This document shows, in pieces, positions 11,743 through 21,286 of a DNA stretch of 32,000 nucleotides. This stretch comes from Candidatus Saccharimonas aalborgensis (GTDB taxonomy: Bacteria > Patescibacteriota > Saccharimonadia > Saccharimonadales > Saccharimonadaceae). The DNA is taken from contig NC_021219.1 of the NCBI RefSeq assembly GCF_000392435.1, positions 210,001 to 242,000 of the forward strand. Reading direction: 5' to 3'. The notes beneath the pieces were generated by a model, which worked only from the letters and a program-made list of their open reading frames with translations, did no database searches and was not told the origin of the DNA. The translations under genes and the position numbers were made by a program. The first letter of the stretch is position 1; every line of letters begins with the position of its first letter.

Positions 11743-13536
11743 TTACGGTGTTTTGTAAACCATGTCACTCTCAACTGTCCAATAGATGACAGTTGAGAGC
11801 CGATCGGTAGAGGTAACAAGTTTTGCGTTACTACGGACTGTTTGTGCATTTTTGTTTGATACATACTCAGCAACGGGTTGGTAAAGACCGATCGCTGGCG
11901 CATCCTCTATCCACTGCCGCGCAAACTGCTTGTACTTAGCATTACGTAGATCGGGTTCGAGACGAGACCGCGCACTTGCTAAACTTGCGTCTGCTGTCTT
12001 GTTACTGTAGCTGGTGAAATTGTATCCCGATGGTCCCGCCTGCGATGAATGCCAGTACGCATAGACATCAGGGTCAGCACCGATGGAAAGCTGGTAGAGT
12101 AACACGTCAAAGTTTCTTCCCTGCAACGTATCTTGCACAAAGGTTGATGATACAGTTGCAGTGTCAACGGTACGTGTATTGACTTTTATACCAAGTGCCT
12201 GCCATTGCCGCACTATTTCTTTGAGTACCACTCCATACTCGCTACTTTTCGTTGTTGTGATGTTGAGCTCAAGCGGCTTGCCATCTTTGACACGATACGA
12301 ACCCTCTGCTTTCCAGCCAGCTTCGTCCAGTAGTGCTTTCGCTTTTGTTAGATCGGTTTTTGGTGCATGCGGAATATCCGCTCCCGTCAGCTGCCCATCA
12401 ATAAATGGCGAATCGAGTGAAAGTGTTCCCTCACCTAATCTCGCGCGAATGGCTTCAGTATCTGTTGCATACTGAAGTGCTTTTCTCACCTTGCCATCAC
12501 GTAGTACCGGGTGAGTGGTGTTGAGGAGCAGATAAACACCGCTATCGAGCGATTGAGGTGCCACAGTGTAGCTGTTTGGTATTTGCGAACGAGAGGCAAT
12601 AGAAATGTCCGCCGCACCATTGACCTCACCTGATTTTAAGGCACTCAGTATTGCTTCTTCGCTTGTGTATGCCTGCACTTCAAACCTATCTAGTTTCGGT
12701 TGCCCGCGATAATAGTTTTTATTTGCCTCAAGTGTGACACGCCTCGTTCCCGTTAGTACATCCGCTGACTGGAGAGACTTGAAACGGAATGGTCCACTTC
12801 CCACCGGCGACTGACTAAATATGTTTTCCCGAACCGCACCCGGACTCACGCTCGACAAGATATGCTCAGGCAGCACAGGAAAGGTGAGCGCATACGGAAA
12901 GGCGGCATAGACTGTTGGTAGTGAAAATTGCACCGTTGTCGCATCGATCGCCTGTACCGATACGTCAAGCCAGTTGATCCTGAGCGAAGAGCGAGAGAGG
13001 GGGTTTTTGATGAGATTTATAGTAAATACTATGTCTTTTGCCGTCAAGGGCGCACCATCATGCCATGTTACATTTGGTCTGAGTTTGATGGTATATTGCT
13101 TTCCTGTTGAATCCACTTGCAGCGAAGCGGCTATGTCCTGGTGCAAACTACCCGTTTCATCATAATCATATAAGCTCGAGAATACTAAACGACCAACGGT
13201 TGCTTCGGCACTTGACGAAATATAGAGTGGATTGAGCGTCGTAATCGGCCCGAGTGAAGCTTCAACGTAGCTTCCACCCCCCTGCCGTGCAGAAACCATG
13301 TAATTTGACTGTCCCCACATCCACTGAAGTCCCAAGCCGGCAATGATAAACCCCATCATAGTAAGCCAGAGGGTAATTTGGCGTCGAACAGCGCGTACGT
13401 TTTGAATACGACGAATAATAAAACGATGAGCATGTCGACGTGTTGTCCCTTCGATGCGTCGAGCCCGCCGAGCCAACGCCTTACGATCAAGACGTATTCG
13501 CCTAAACTGATTCCACCCCTGTTTATCTTTATTCAC
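11743..13536 (-). CDS. Peptide ABC transporter substrate-binding protein (SBP family 5), membrane-anchored
   Basis: YVEASLGPITTLNPLYISSSAEATVGRLVFSSLYDYD, KYTIKLRPNVTWHDGAPLTAKDIVFT; single N-terminal TM, no lipobox seen. Confidence 0.95.
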   Translation of the reverse strand: MNKDKQGWNQFRRIRLDRKALARRARRIEGTTRRHAHRFIIRRIQNVRAVRRQITLWLTMMGFIIAGLGLQWMWGQSNYMVSARQGGGSYVEASLGPITTLNPLYISSSAEATVGRLVFSSLYDYDETGSLHQDIAASLQVDSTGKQYTIKLRPNVTWHDGAPLTAKDIVFTINLIKNPLSRSSLRINWLDVSVQAIDATTVQFSLPTVYAAFPYALTFPVLPEHILSSVSPGAVRENIFSQSPVGSGPFRFKSLQSADVLTGTRRVTLEANKNYYRGQPKLDRFEVQAYTSEEAILSALKSGEVNGAADISIASRSQIPNSYTVAPQSLDSGVYLLLNTTHPVLRDGKVRKALQYATDTEAIRARLGEGTLSLDSPFIDGQLTGADIPHAPKTDLTKAKALLDEAGWKAEGSYRVKDGKPLELNITTTKSSEYGVVLKEIVRQWQALGIKVNTRTVDTATVSSTFVQDTLQGRNFDVLLYQLSIGADPDVYAYWHSSQAGPSGYNFTSYSNKTADASLASARSRLEPDLRNAKYKQFARQWIEDAPAIGLYQPVAEYVSNKNAQTVRSNAKLVTSTDRLSTVIYWTVESDMVYKTP

Positions 13537-13545
13537 GTGGTTCCC

Positions 13546-13779
13546 TTACCTAAATGATGGCAGAAGTAGTCCGGCCAGGATAGAGGCGACGAACGTAATC
13601 GCTAAAAAGATAGTTACTTCAAATAGATTTTTGTCTAAGCCGCGCCGCGTAGTATATAACTCCCCCGAACCTCCAAATCCAGCACCTAGGCTCGCGCCGC
13701 GTTGCTGAAGTAAAATGGCAAGCGACATAAGAATTGCCGACCCAACGGTAATACTTTGCAAAATACTGTCAAGACTCAT
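13546..13779 (-). CDS. secG: Preprotein translocase subunit SecG
   Basis: Two TM segments with LLQQRGASLGAGFGGSGELYTTRRGLDKNLFEVTI. Confidence 0.9.
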   Translation of the reverse strand: MSLDSILQSITVGSAILMSLAILLQQRGASLGAGFGGSGELYTTRRGLDKNLFEVTIFLAITFVASILAGLLLPSFR

Positions 13780-14172
13780 TTATTGCTCCTTTCGCATATT
13801 CGAATACTCTAGTTCGAGCACGCTACTTACTACATAGTTTACCAGACTTAGTACCAATCCTGTAAGAACCGAGTGCCAAAATGTCATCTGTAGACCTGGA
13901 GCGAGCTTTAGTGATATCCAGACCATAAACCCGTTGACAATAATAGTGAACAGACCGAGCGTCAATAAGATTGCAGGAAGTGCCAAAATTATGACAATCG
14001 GTTTTAGGATGGCATTGACAACTGAAAATATTAGTCCGGCCAACAAAAAGACAGCGACCCCGGCATCAATCTCAGCTCCGCTATAGCCCGTGCCAAACAC
14101 TCTCACGGCGATCCAAAGCCCAAAGGAATTAAGTATCCAACGGATGGCAAACATCATCATTTGTTGTTTCAT
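13780..14172 (-). CDS. YvlD/phage holin 4_2-like small membrane protein
   Basis: Four TM pattern: RWILNSFGLWIAVR...NAILKPIVIILALPAILLTLGLFTIIVNGFMVW. Confidence 0.85.
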   Translation of the reverse strand: MKQQMMMFAIRWILNSFGLWIAVRVFGTGYSGAEIDAGVAVFLLAGLIFSVVNAILKPIVIILALPAILLTLGLFTIIVNGFMVWISLKLAPGLQMTFWHSVLTGLVLSLVNYVVSSVLELEYSNMRKEQ

Positions 14173-14198
14173 AGTCTCCGTATGAGTATAGCGTTTTT

Positions 14199-15392
14199 CT
14201 ACAAACTTGTCGACAAGGCGCGACTCAAGTTTTCATGTCCATCGGCGGTTATCAGGATATCATCCTCGATTCTCACCCCGATATGTTCCTCTTCGATATA
14301 AATACCAGGTTCAACCGTCAGCACCATGCCGGGTTGAAAATAGCGCGGTGCCCCAAGGCTATCATGAACATCAATGCCTAGACCGTGACTGATAGCATGA
14401 GGGAAATATTTTCGGTACGTCTCAGTGTCATCCCGATTTTTGAGCAAGCCAACCTCACCGAGAGCATCTTTCATAATCTCATCAACTTGACGTAAATAGT
14501 CTGCAATAAGCAAGTCTGGTCTGAGTAGTGCAATAATTCGGCGATGCGCATTCTCGACCGCTGCATGTACTTGCTGCTGACGCTTTGTCGGTTTCAGACA
14601 ATACGTCCTCGTAATGTCAGCCGCGTAACCATCAACCCGCGCACCGACATCGATCAGTAATGCCTGATTTTTCATTATTCTGCCACTGTTTTCGACATAA
14701 TGAAGCGTCACTGCGTGGCTTCCGCCGGCGATAATTGGTTGATAGGCGTGTGCTGCGTTTGCCCGACGAAATGCCCTCGTCATATCAGCCTCAACCTCAT
14801 ATTCATAGCGGTATTCTTCGAGTTGCGCACGGACAGCGGTAAAGGCCATGATTGTTAACTTCACCGCTCGACGAATTGCCGCAATCTCCTCAGGCGATTT
14901 GATCGCTCGAAGTCGAGCCAGTTGATCACTGCAGTCTACTACCTTGGGAAATATTCGGCAAAGCAGAGAATGTAGCTCAGCTGGTGCTGGGTTCATAACA
15001 AAATGATGCGGATGTGGTCGATACGGTGTATAAGCAATTGTATGCTGACGGCTCAGCTGGCGTAGTCTTGTTTCAAAATCTGTTTCGTCAATGATCTCAT
15101 TTGCTCCAGTTGTCTCGAGCAAGGCTTCTTCGTCTGTCTTACCATCAAATATAACTTCCGCTTCCGACCGAGACGGTCTCACCAACACCACATGCTGACG
15201 TATGCCGTCAATAATCACTTTCCACCCAGGTAACGTAATTCCTGTAAGCCACAGAAAATTAGCTTCCTGTAGGAATGGTGCTACCATATCGTTACTTAAT
15301 TGCACTTGGTCATACGATGAAACTACGACAAGCCCTCCGGACAACTGCGCGGTTAGTTGCTCGTGTCTTTTTTTTATCTTCTCACTATCCAT
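14199..15392 (-). CDS. M24 family Xaa-Pro aminopeptidase
   Basis: LLIDVGARVDGYAADITRTY, HAISHGLGIDVHD, GMVLTVEPGIYI, GVRIEDDILIT. Confidence 0.95.
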   Translation of the reverse strand: MDSEKIKKRHEQLTAQLSGGLVVVSSYDQVQLSNDMVAPFLQEANFLWLTGITLPGWKVIIDGIRQHVVLVRPSRSEAEVIFDGKTDEEALLETTGANEIIDETDFETRLRQLSRQHTIAYTPYRPHPHHFVMNPAPAELHSLLCRIFPKVVDCSDQLARLRAIKSPEEIAAIRRAVKLTIMAFTAVRAQLEEYRYEYEVEADMTRAFRRANAAHAYQPIIAGGSHAVTLHYVENSGRIMKNQALLIDVGARVDGYAADITRTYCLKPTKRQQQVHAAVENAHRRIIALLRPDLLIADYLRQVDEIMKDALGEVGLLKNRDDTETYRKYFPHAISHGLGIDVHDSLGAPRYFQPGMVLTVEPGIYIEEEHIGVRIEDDILITADGHENLSRALSTSL

Positions 15393-15456
15393 TTATTAAC
15401 TGCTGCGTAACTCAACTTCTGCTGGTTGGCTAAAGATACTGAGTATCTCATTTATT

Positions 15457-16281
15457 CTAATTTTTGGTAAATATTACCTTTGAATATCCACCGTTAATGT
15501 TTGCTTGTACCTGAGGGTTACTTACCGATGCTGAGTATGCTTCAAAGGTCGCTACCGTGCCCACCGGGCTAGTATTTCCAGGTGTGATACGCACCTGATA
15601 TGTCCAGCCAGCTGATGAAGTCGTCATCGAAACAGTATTTGTAGTTGTCCACGTAGTACCTCCATCTATGGACATCTCAAGAGGACCAGTAGTTCTCAGC
15701 TGAAACACTGTTGTACCACACAGGATTGTTAGCTCAGTGCAGCCAGCGGTAGAGTTTATATTAATCGTCGTCCCAAGTGCTAAATTGGTAACTGCTGGCT
15801 TCAATATAGCCAAATCTACACGTGCACCCCAGCCACTACCTGTATATCCAAAGACAAGATCGGATGTACCAGAAGGAGGCATCGTTATCTGCCACGCACC
15901 AGGAACTATTACTCCACCCGCACAGGTACCATACTGAGGAGTTTGGTACTTATCTGAAACAAACATTTTAACCGTAGGCACTGCCACACTAACCCCTTCG
16001 ACACAATATGTAGAGCTGGTACCTGAAATGTAGGTGACCGTCACACCAGAGTTTATCGTCACATCAGTTGGTATAGACGTTGGAAAAGCATTATCAAAAT
16101 TCCGGGCATTTTTCATCCCATCGGCAACAGAGGACAATGCGCTCCTTACTTCTGCTACAGCAGTACGTTGTCGCCAAGACCCAAAAGCGAAAATTACTAT
16201 ACCCGCAAGTATAGTAATCACGGCGATCATTATAAGTAACTCAACTATTGTAAATCCATGCTGCTTGTGGTTAGTTTTCAT
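15457..16281 (-). CDS. Type IV pilin-like/pseudopilin protein
   Basis: Class III signal HGFTIVELLIMIAVITILAGIVIFAFGSW; Ser/Thr-rich C-terminal domain with several Cys. Confidence 0.88.
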   Translation of the reverse strand: MKTNHKQHGFTIVELLIMIAVITILAGIVIFAFGSWRQRTAVAEVRSALSSVADGMKNARNFDNAFPTSIPTDVTINSGVTVTYISGTSSTYCVEGVSVAVPTVKMFVSDKYQTPQYGTCAGGVIVPGAWQITMPPSGTSDLVFGYTGSGWGARVDLAILKPAVTNLALGTTININSTAGCTELTILCGTTVFQLRTTGPLEMSIDGGTTWTTTNTVSMTTSSAGWTYQVRITPGNTSPVGTVATFEAYSASVSNPQVQANINGGYSKVIFTKN

Positions 16282-16300
16282 ACAATTACTATAGCACTCC

Positions 16301-17779
16301 TCATGACTTTACAAAAGAAATGATTCTCTGTGCTAACTTGTCGCCAACAACTTGAGTGATATCTGTCTGGCTCGCTTGCTCGATACCTCGCAGGCTACCA
16401 AAAGCTTTGATCAGCTTCTTGCGTGTCACCGGGCCAATGCCAGGAATATCCTCGAGTGTACTTTTGGTTTGTGAGGTACGCTTAAGGGTCGTATGGTATG
16501 TCACAGCAAAACGATGCGACTCATCCCTAATGCGTTGTAAAAGTTTAACGATATGGGAGCTGTGAGGAAGACTGATTAGGGTAAACTTGTCACTCGTCAT
16601 AGTATGACCGTCCAATCTCTCGAGTACCTTATGGTCGAGCCTCACGCGAGATCTCTCGAGGTGTACGACTATCTCTTCGTGCTGTTTAGCTAAGCCGATC
16701 ATTGGTATCGTGAGACCTGCCTGATCCCGCGCAGTAATCGCCGAATCAAGCTGACCCTTACCACCATCAATCAAACAGATGTCCGGAAGTTTCCACCGAG
16801 AACGATTTTTTTCACTAAACCGACGCGACAAGGTCTCAAACATATTTGCGAAATCATTGTTTTGCTCCTTGTGCATTTTGAACTTTCGATACTCAGTACG
16901 ATCACTAACGCCGTTTGTAAATACCACCATACTCGCGACAACATTTGTGCCACTCATATGGCTAATGTCGTATCCCTCCACTCGTGCCGGTATCGACGCT
17001 AGCCCCAAAAGTAATCGTAGATCATCGAGCGCCCTGTCCTTGCTGATATCCAAGAATTCTTTGTCGCCAAACATAATACGCCGCTGCAATTCTCGCAGAT
17101 ATCCGAGCCTATTGCGCAATTCGGCAGCAATCTCAAATTGCTGCTGCCGTGCGGCGCGATTCATGTCTCGCTCGAGTTCGCGAGTGATAGTTAACTTATC
17201 GCCCTCAATGTATCGTATGAGCTTTTTAAGACTAGATTTATATTCTTGGCTTGTCATATCGGAGCGCGGACTCAGCCCCAGATGAACATCAAAGTCGACG
17301 CGGTGTGTACCCGGCGGTTTCGTATAATACGGAAACACTTTTCGCAGGTATCGAAGAGCTTTTTTGAGAGCATGGCCATTATAGAATGGTCCGATGTACC
17401 GAGCCTTGTCGTCAGCTGGATTGCGCGTAAAACTGACATGTGGCCACTCGCTTTTTATGTCAATACGGACATACAGTTGGGACTTGTCGTCGCGAAGCAA
17501 GATATTGTAACGAGGCATGTAGCGCTTTACCATTTCGCTTTCCAAAAACAGAGCATCAATTTCGCTGTCCGTCTCAATCCAGTCGGTATCCTCTATCTCC
17601 GCCACCAGCGCACGCGTTTTGGCATCGATATCTCGATTTGCCTGGAAATACTGCCGGACACGATTTTTTAAGACCGCCGCTTTTCCCACATAAATCACTT
17701 CTCCAGAGGTTGATTTATGAAAGTACACCCCAGGGGAATTGGGAAGGTTTTTTAACTTTTGCGCGAGACTGGTGTTCAT
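16301..17779 (-). CDS. uvrC: Excinuclease ABC subunit UvrC (short, no Fe-S cysteine cluster)
   Basis: GIY-YIG start SPGVYFHKSTSGEVIYVGKAAVLKNRVRQYF, RNase H-like YDISHMSGTNVVASMVVF, C-terminal HhH IPGIGPVTRKKLIKAFGS. Confidence 0.95.
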   Translation of the reverse strand: MNTSLAQKLKNLPNSPGVYFHKSTSGEVIYVGKAAVLKNRVRQYFQANRDIDAKTRALVAEIEDTDWIETDSEIDALFLESEMVKRYMPRYNILLRDDKSQLYVRIDIKSEWPHVSFTRNPADDKARYIGPFYNGHALKKALRYLRKVFPYYTKPPGTHRVDFDVHLGLSPRSDMTSQEYKSSLKKLIRYIEGDKLTITRELERDMNRAARQQQFEIAAELRNRLGYLRELQRRIMFGDKEFLDISKDRALDDLRLLLGLASIPARVEGYDISHMSGTNVVASMVVFTNGVSDRTEYRKFKMHKEQNNDFANMFETLSRRFSEKNRSRWKLPDICLIDGGKGQLDSAITARDQAGLTIPMIGLAKQHEEIVVHLERSRVRLDHKVLERLDGHTMTSDKFTLISLPHSSHIVKLLQRIRDESHRFAVTYHTTLKRTSQTKSTLEDIPGIGPVTRKKLIKAFGSLRGIEQASQTDITQVVGDKLAQRIISFVKS

Positions 17780-17812
17780 CCCACTAGTATAAGCCGAAGT
17801 GATCGCGGGGGT

Positions 17813-17995
17813 CTACTTTTTCTCGGCGCGCATCATACCAAGCGCCATACCGACAAATGCAGCTGATAACACCAAAAAAACTGATCCGACAGCATACTTT
17901 GATGCCAGCAGCGCAGTGCCGATTGGCAACATGGCGATGCCCAGTACCAATACAGCCGTTGAGTCTTGTGATGATTGCTTCTTATGCTTTTTCAT
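17813..17995 (-). CDS. Small membrane protein (60 aa)
   Basis: Lys-rich N-terminus plus two hydrophobic helices; TATACT 7 nt before ATG. Confidence 0.6.
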   Translation of the reverse strand: MKKHKKQSSQDSTAVLVLGIAMLPIGTALLASKYAVGSVFLVLSAAFVGMALGMMRAEKK

Positions 17996-18053
17996 ACATC
18001 AAAGTATATCACATGCTGTTGCCGACTGGCACTAGAGATCGTATAGTAGTCAT

Positions 18054-18092
18054 ATGAAGCAAGTGTATCTGGAGAATAATTTCGCGTGCTAA
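18054..18092 (+). CDS. Putative 12-codon leader/uORF overlapping corA start (MKQVYLENNFAC)
   Basis: TATAGT (18042-18047) 6 nt before ATG; TAA (18090-18092) overlaps the corA GTG start region (18086-18088). Confidence 0.35.
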   Translation: MKQVYLENNFAC

Positions 18093-19009
18093 AACGCTAC
18101 TATCGAGCCATCGCCTCAAAAGACCTTGCCCTTCTGGGAGAGTATCGCGACAACGTATGGGTTCACTTGGAATCTCCCTCGCAAGATGAACTGGCTGAAG
18201 TTGTCGAACGATACGATCTCGTGCCTGGTCACCTAGAAGATGCGCTCGACGAAGACGAAGTGCCGCGGCTTGAATCAGAGGGCAAACAGACCTACATCTA
18301 TGTACGTTATGTGGTTCGTGAGCGAACTGGTGATTTTGAGACCTTTCCGTTGCTCATCATCCTGCTAGAGAACGCGCTTATCACCGTTTCATCACGGCAC
18401 GTTGCTCCGCTCGAGCCCCTTCTCTCTGGCAAGATTCCCTTCACCACCCGGGAACAGACGCGGCTGGTCTTGCTTATTATGCAGCGAATTACCGAGCAGT
18501 ACGACAGCTTAACAGACAAGACGAGTCGAAAAATAAAAGCAGTTCGGCAGCGATTGCGCACCCATGCAGTGAGCAACCAAGATTTTGTTGATTTTGTCTT
18601 GATCGAGGATGAATTAAATGAGTTTTTGAGCGCATTGCAGCCAAACAGCGCTGTGCTGAGGCGGCTTTTTGTCGGTCATCGTTTGGCAGAGCAAGACCGT
18701 GATCTCGTGGAAGATGCACTACTCATGAACGAGCAGTCGGTCGAAAAATGTAATGATAACATCAAGGCAATCGTTGGGGTGCGCAACGCGCATAGCTCCA
18801 TCAGCGACAACAGCCTCAACCAAACAATGAAAGTTCTCACTGTGGCTACACTCGCTATGGCAATTCCCAACATGATTTTTGGGGTATATAGCATGAATAT
18901 CGAGACACCATTTCAGCATGATACCGGTGCCTTCTGGATTATCCTTGGCATTACGACAATTGTGCTAACGATCGCAATGTGGCTTGGTCGTAAAAAGGGT
19001 ATTTTTTAG
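18086..19009 (+). CDS. CorA family divalent cation transporter-like protein
   Basis: WVHLESPSQDEL, long helical stalk, C-terminal TM with IPNMIFGVYSMNIETPF and second TM ending in WLGRKKGIF. Confidence 0.92.
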   Translation: MLKRYYRAIASKDLALLGEYRDNVWVHLESPSQDELAEVVERYDLVPGHLEDALDEDEVPRLESEGKQTYIYVRYVVRERTGDFETFPLLIILLENALITVSSRHVAPLEPLLSGKIPFTTREQTRLVLLIMQRITEQYDSLTDKTSRKIKAVRQRLRTHAVSNQDFVDFVLIEDELNEFLSALQPNSAVLRRLFVGHRLAEQDRDLVEDALLMNEQSVEKCNDNIKAIVGVRNAHSSISDNSLNQTMKVLTVATLAMAIPNMIFGVYSMNIETPFQHDTGAFWIILGITTIVLTIAMWLGRKKGIF

Positions 19010-19013
19010 AAGT

Positions 19014-19241
19014 ATGAACAGAGCTTTACTTATCAAAATCGTCGATGTGGCAGCGAGTATTTATGGGCGCATGCTTCGCATTCTGTTGGGAGCATGGCTT
19101 GTATATACTGCGTTCGGAACTCTTCGAGACCCCTGGCAGTGGATAGTTGGCGACCTTGGCTTACTGTTGATCGTCTCTGGCCTACTGGGTGCCTGTCTGC
19201 TCAATAAGCTAATAGGCAAACCAATTATCACTCGTCGCTAA
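19014..19241 (+). CDS. Small membrane protein, DUF2892/YgaP-like
   Basis: GRMLRILLGAWLVYTAF...GDLGLLLIVSGLLGACLLNKLIG; start at MNRALL. Confidence 0.6.
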   Translation: MNRALLIKIVDVAASIYGRMLRILLGAWLVYTAFGTLRDPWQWIVGDLGLLLIVSGLLGACLLNKLIGKPIITRR

Positions 19242-19955
19242 TTACGTTTTTTTGATTGATAGATAGTACTGACGTTGAGTTTCAGGCAAGTGCTCAATAG
19301 CATAACGTAGTGCCGTCCGTGGCATACCGCGGGCATGACGGTCGAGAAAATCACGCAGCAGTTGCTCGTCACAGCGTTTGCCGACTTCGCGGAGTGTCCA
19401 GCCAACGGCTTTATGCATCAGGTCTTCGCGGTCACAGAGTAGCAGTTCGGCCAAGTCGAGTGAGGTACTTGCGTCACCACGAGCGATATAGGCAAATGTA
19501 CTAATGATACTGACGCGGCGCTCCCACAAGTTGTTGCTTTTCGCAAGTTCATACAGCTGTCCGCGATCGCCTTGTAGATGTTCACCAACGATCTGGCGAC
19601 AGGTAACATCGACAAGGTCCCAATTATTGATATTTCGCTTGGTTAGCTCCTGCATATAGAGGTCAAATATGTCATTTTTCGCTTGATTTGACGCACGCGG
19701 GTATTGGAGTGTCAATATGATAAGCCCTGCCATGCGGTGCTCGTGTAACGGGCTTTCGATGAGTTTTTGTACCTCCCCGAGCGATAACTGTCGAAACTCT
19801 TTGCAAACCTTCCGAATCATCGGCACCCGTACGCCTAGGAATTGATCACCCTCACCGTACTCCCCCGGCCCCGTCTTGAAAAACCATTGCAAATTCACTG
19901 CATCGGCATCACTGGTGTAGGCCTGAAGCATGGCCTTAACATCTTCAGCCTTCAT
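19242..19955 (-). CDS. DNA alkylation repair (AlkD-like, HEAT-repeat) protein
   Basis: FFKTGPGEYGEGDQFLGVRVPMIRKVCKEF, NWDLVDVTCRQIVGEHL, LWERRVSIISTFAYI, HKAVGWTLREVGKR. Confidence 0.93.
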   Translation of the reverse strand: MKAEDVKAMLQAYTSDADAVNLQWFFKTGPGEYGEGDQFLGVRVPMIRKVCKEFRQLSLGEVQKLIESPLHEHRMAGLIILTLQYPRASNQAKNDIFDLYMQELTKRNINNWDLVDVTCRQIVGEHLQGDRGQLYELAKSNNLWERRVSIISTFAYIARGDASTSLDLAELLLCDREDLMHKAVGWTLREVGKRCDEQLLRDFLDRHARGMPRTALRYAIEHLPETQRQYYLSIKKT

Positions 19956-20476
19956 TGCACCAGCTCTGCTAGTTTACGGGCGGTGTTCACGTTACGAATG
20001 GTCATCTGCTGGTACAGTGGCGTACCGACCGCCCTGAGCAAGCTGCTGCGATGTTGGTTTTTGCGCTCTACAGAGTACAGCAGCGCACCCTCTACATACA
20101 CCGCGGTTTCTATGTCTGCGTTGCAGCTGAGCTTCATGGTAATGGTCGCCTCATCGACCGCGGGGAACAGGTAGGCTACGTCTGACTTCTGTGTGGTGTC
20201 GTTTTGCCACCCTTCCGGAATCGCTTCGGCAATGCGGCAAATGTTGTTAGCGTCGAGAATAAGAAGCGGTATTTCAAACCCAAAGGCTGACAATAACGTA
20301 TTTTGAATAGCGCTCACATTTAGCTTCTTGAGCGATTCGAAAATGACATTGCCAGAGTTTATGTACGTCCTGACATCGCTAAAACCACATCGCTCAAACA
20401 CGGTCTTCAGCTCTGCCATCGACACCTTGCGGTTGCCCCCTACATTGATTCCGCGCAGCAACGCAACGTATTTCAT
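19952..20476 (-). CDS. DUF1697 domain protein
   Basis: MKYVALLRGINVGGNRKVSMAELKTVFERCGFSDVRTYINSGNVIFES; ATGA overlap with the downstream AlkD-like gene. Confidence 0.93.
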   Translation of the reverse strand: MKYVALLRGINVGGNRKVSMAELKTVFERCGFSDVRTYINSGNVIFESLKKLNVSAIQNTLLSAFGFEIPLLILDANNICRIAEAIPEGWQNDTTQKSDVAYLFPAVDEATITMKLSCNADIETAVYVEGALLYSVERKNQHRSSLLRAVGTPLYQQMTIRNVNTARKLAELVQ

Positions 20477-20533
20477 AATGATATAGTATAAGAGTTATAT
20501 CATTTCATTCAACCGTAATACGGAGAAAACACT

Positions 20534-21256
20534 TTGTCATTTTTACCCCTACTTCTGATCGCACTTGCCATATCGGCTTACTCAACCTACACCGGCGTCA
20601 AAGATTACGCCGAGCTCATACGCACAAAAGAAAGAAGCAGGTTATACCTGCGCTGGATTAGTCAGTCCTGGCTCATTTTTGCCCTCCCAGCAGCGACGCT
20701 TTTGCTGCTCGCTGGACACATCCACTATCTGTTTGAGCCGATTGCTCGCAGCGACAGCTCTGCATTCATCAGTCTGAGCGGCAATAGCGAACACGACACG
20801 AGCGTCATCATTGGCGTCGTGGTAGGGCTTCTCGTCGCAGCCTTCATTGTTGGCTGGCGAGTCAAACGTAGCCTAAAAAAGCGCCGCGAGGCACCGCAAG
20901 AAGCACTTATTCCTACTACAACCAAAGAGCGATGGTTGGCTGTCGGCATGTCGGTAACGGCCGGCATTACCGAAGAACTGTTTTTCCGCGCCATGCTGCC
21001 CGCGCTCCTTTTTCTTGTCACTGGCAACGCGGCCGTATCGATGGGTCTAGCGCTTCTTGTTTTTGGGATTGAGCATCTCTACGGTGGCTGGAAGGTTGTG
21101 CTTGCAACTACCGTCATTGGCTGGGTATTTCTGAAGCTTTTTATGAGCAGCGGAACTATTTTTGTACCTATGGCTGTCCATGCACTGCTCGATATTAACG
21201 GGCTCATTGTCATGCCATACCTTGCGAAAAAAGGCATATTTGGCAAACGCGCGTAA
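20534..21256 (+). CDS. CPBP family intramembrane glutamic endopeptidase
   Basis: GITEELFFRAMLPALLF, FGIEHLYGGW, HALLDINGLIV; TTG start. Confidence 0.9.
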   Translation: MSFLPLLLIALAISAYSTYTGVKDYAELIRTKERSRLYLRWISQSWLIFALPAATLLLLAGHIHYLFEPIARSDSSAFISLSGNSEHDTSVIIGVVVGLLVAAFIVGWRVKRSLKKRREAPQEALIPTTTKERWLAVGMSVTAGITEELFFRAMLPALLFLVTGNAAVSMGLALLVFGIEHLYGGWKVVLATTVIGWVFLKLFMSSGTIFVPMAVHALLDINGLIVMPYLAKKGIFGKRA

Positions 21257-21286
21257 GACGCCTAAACCATGCGCTATACTGGTGGT

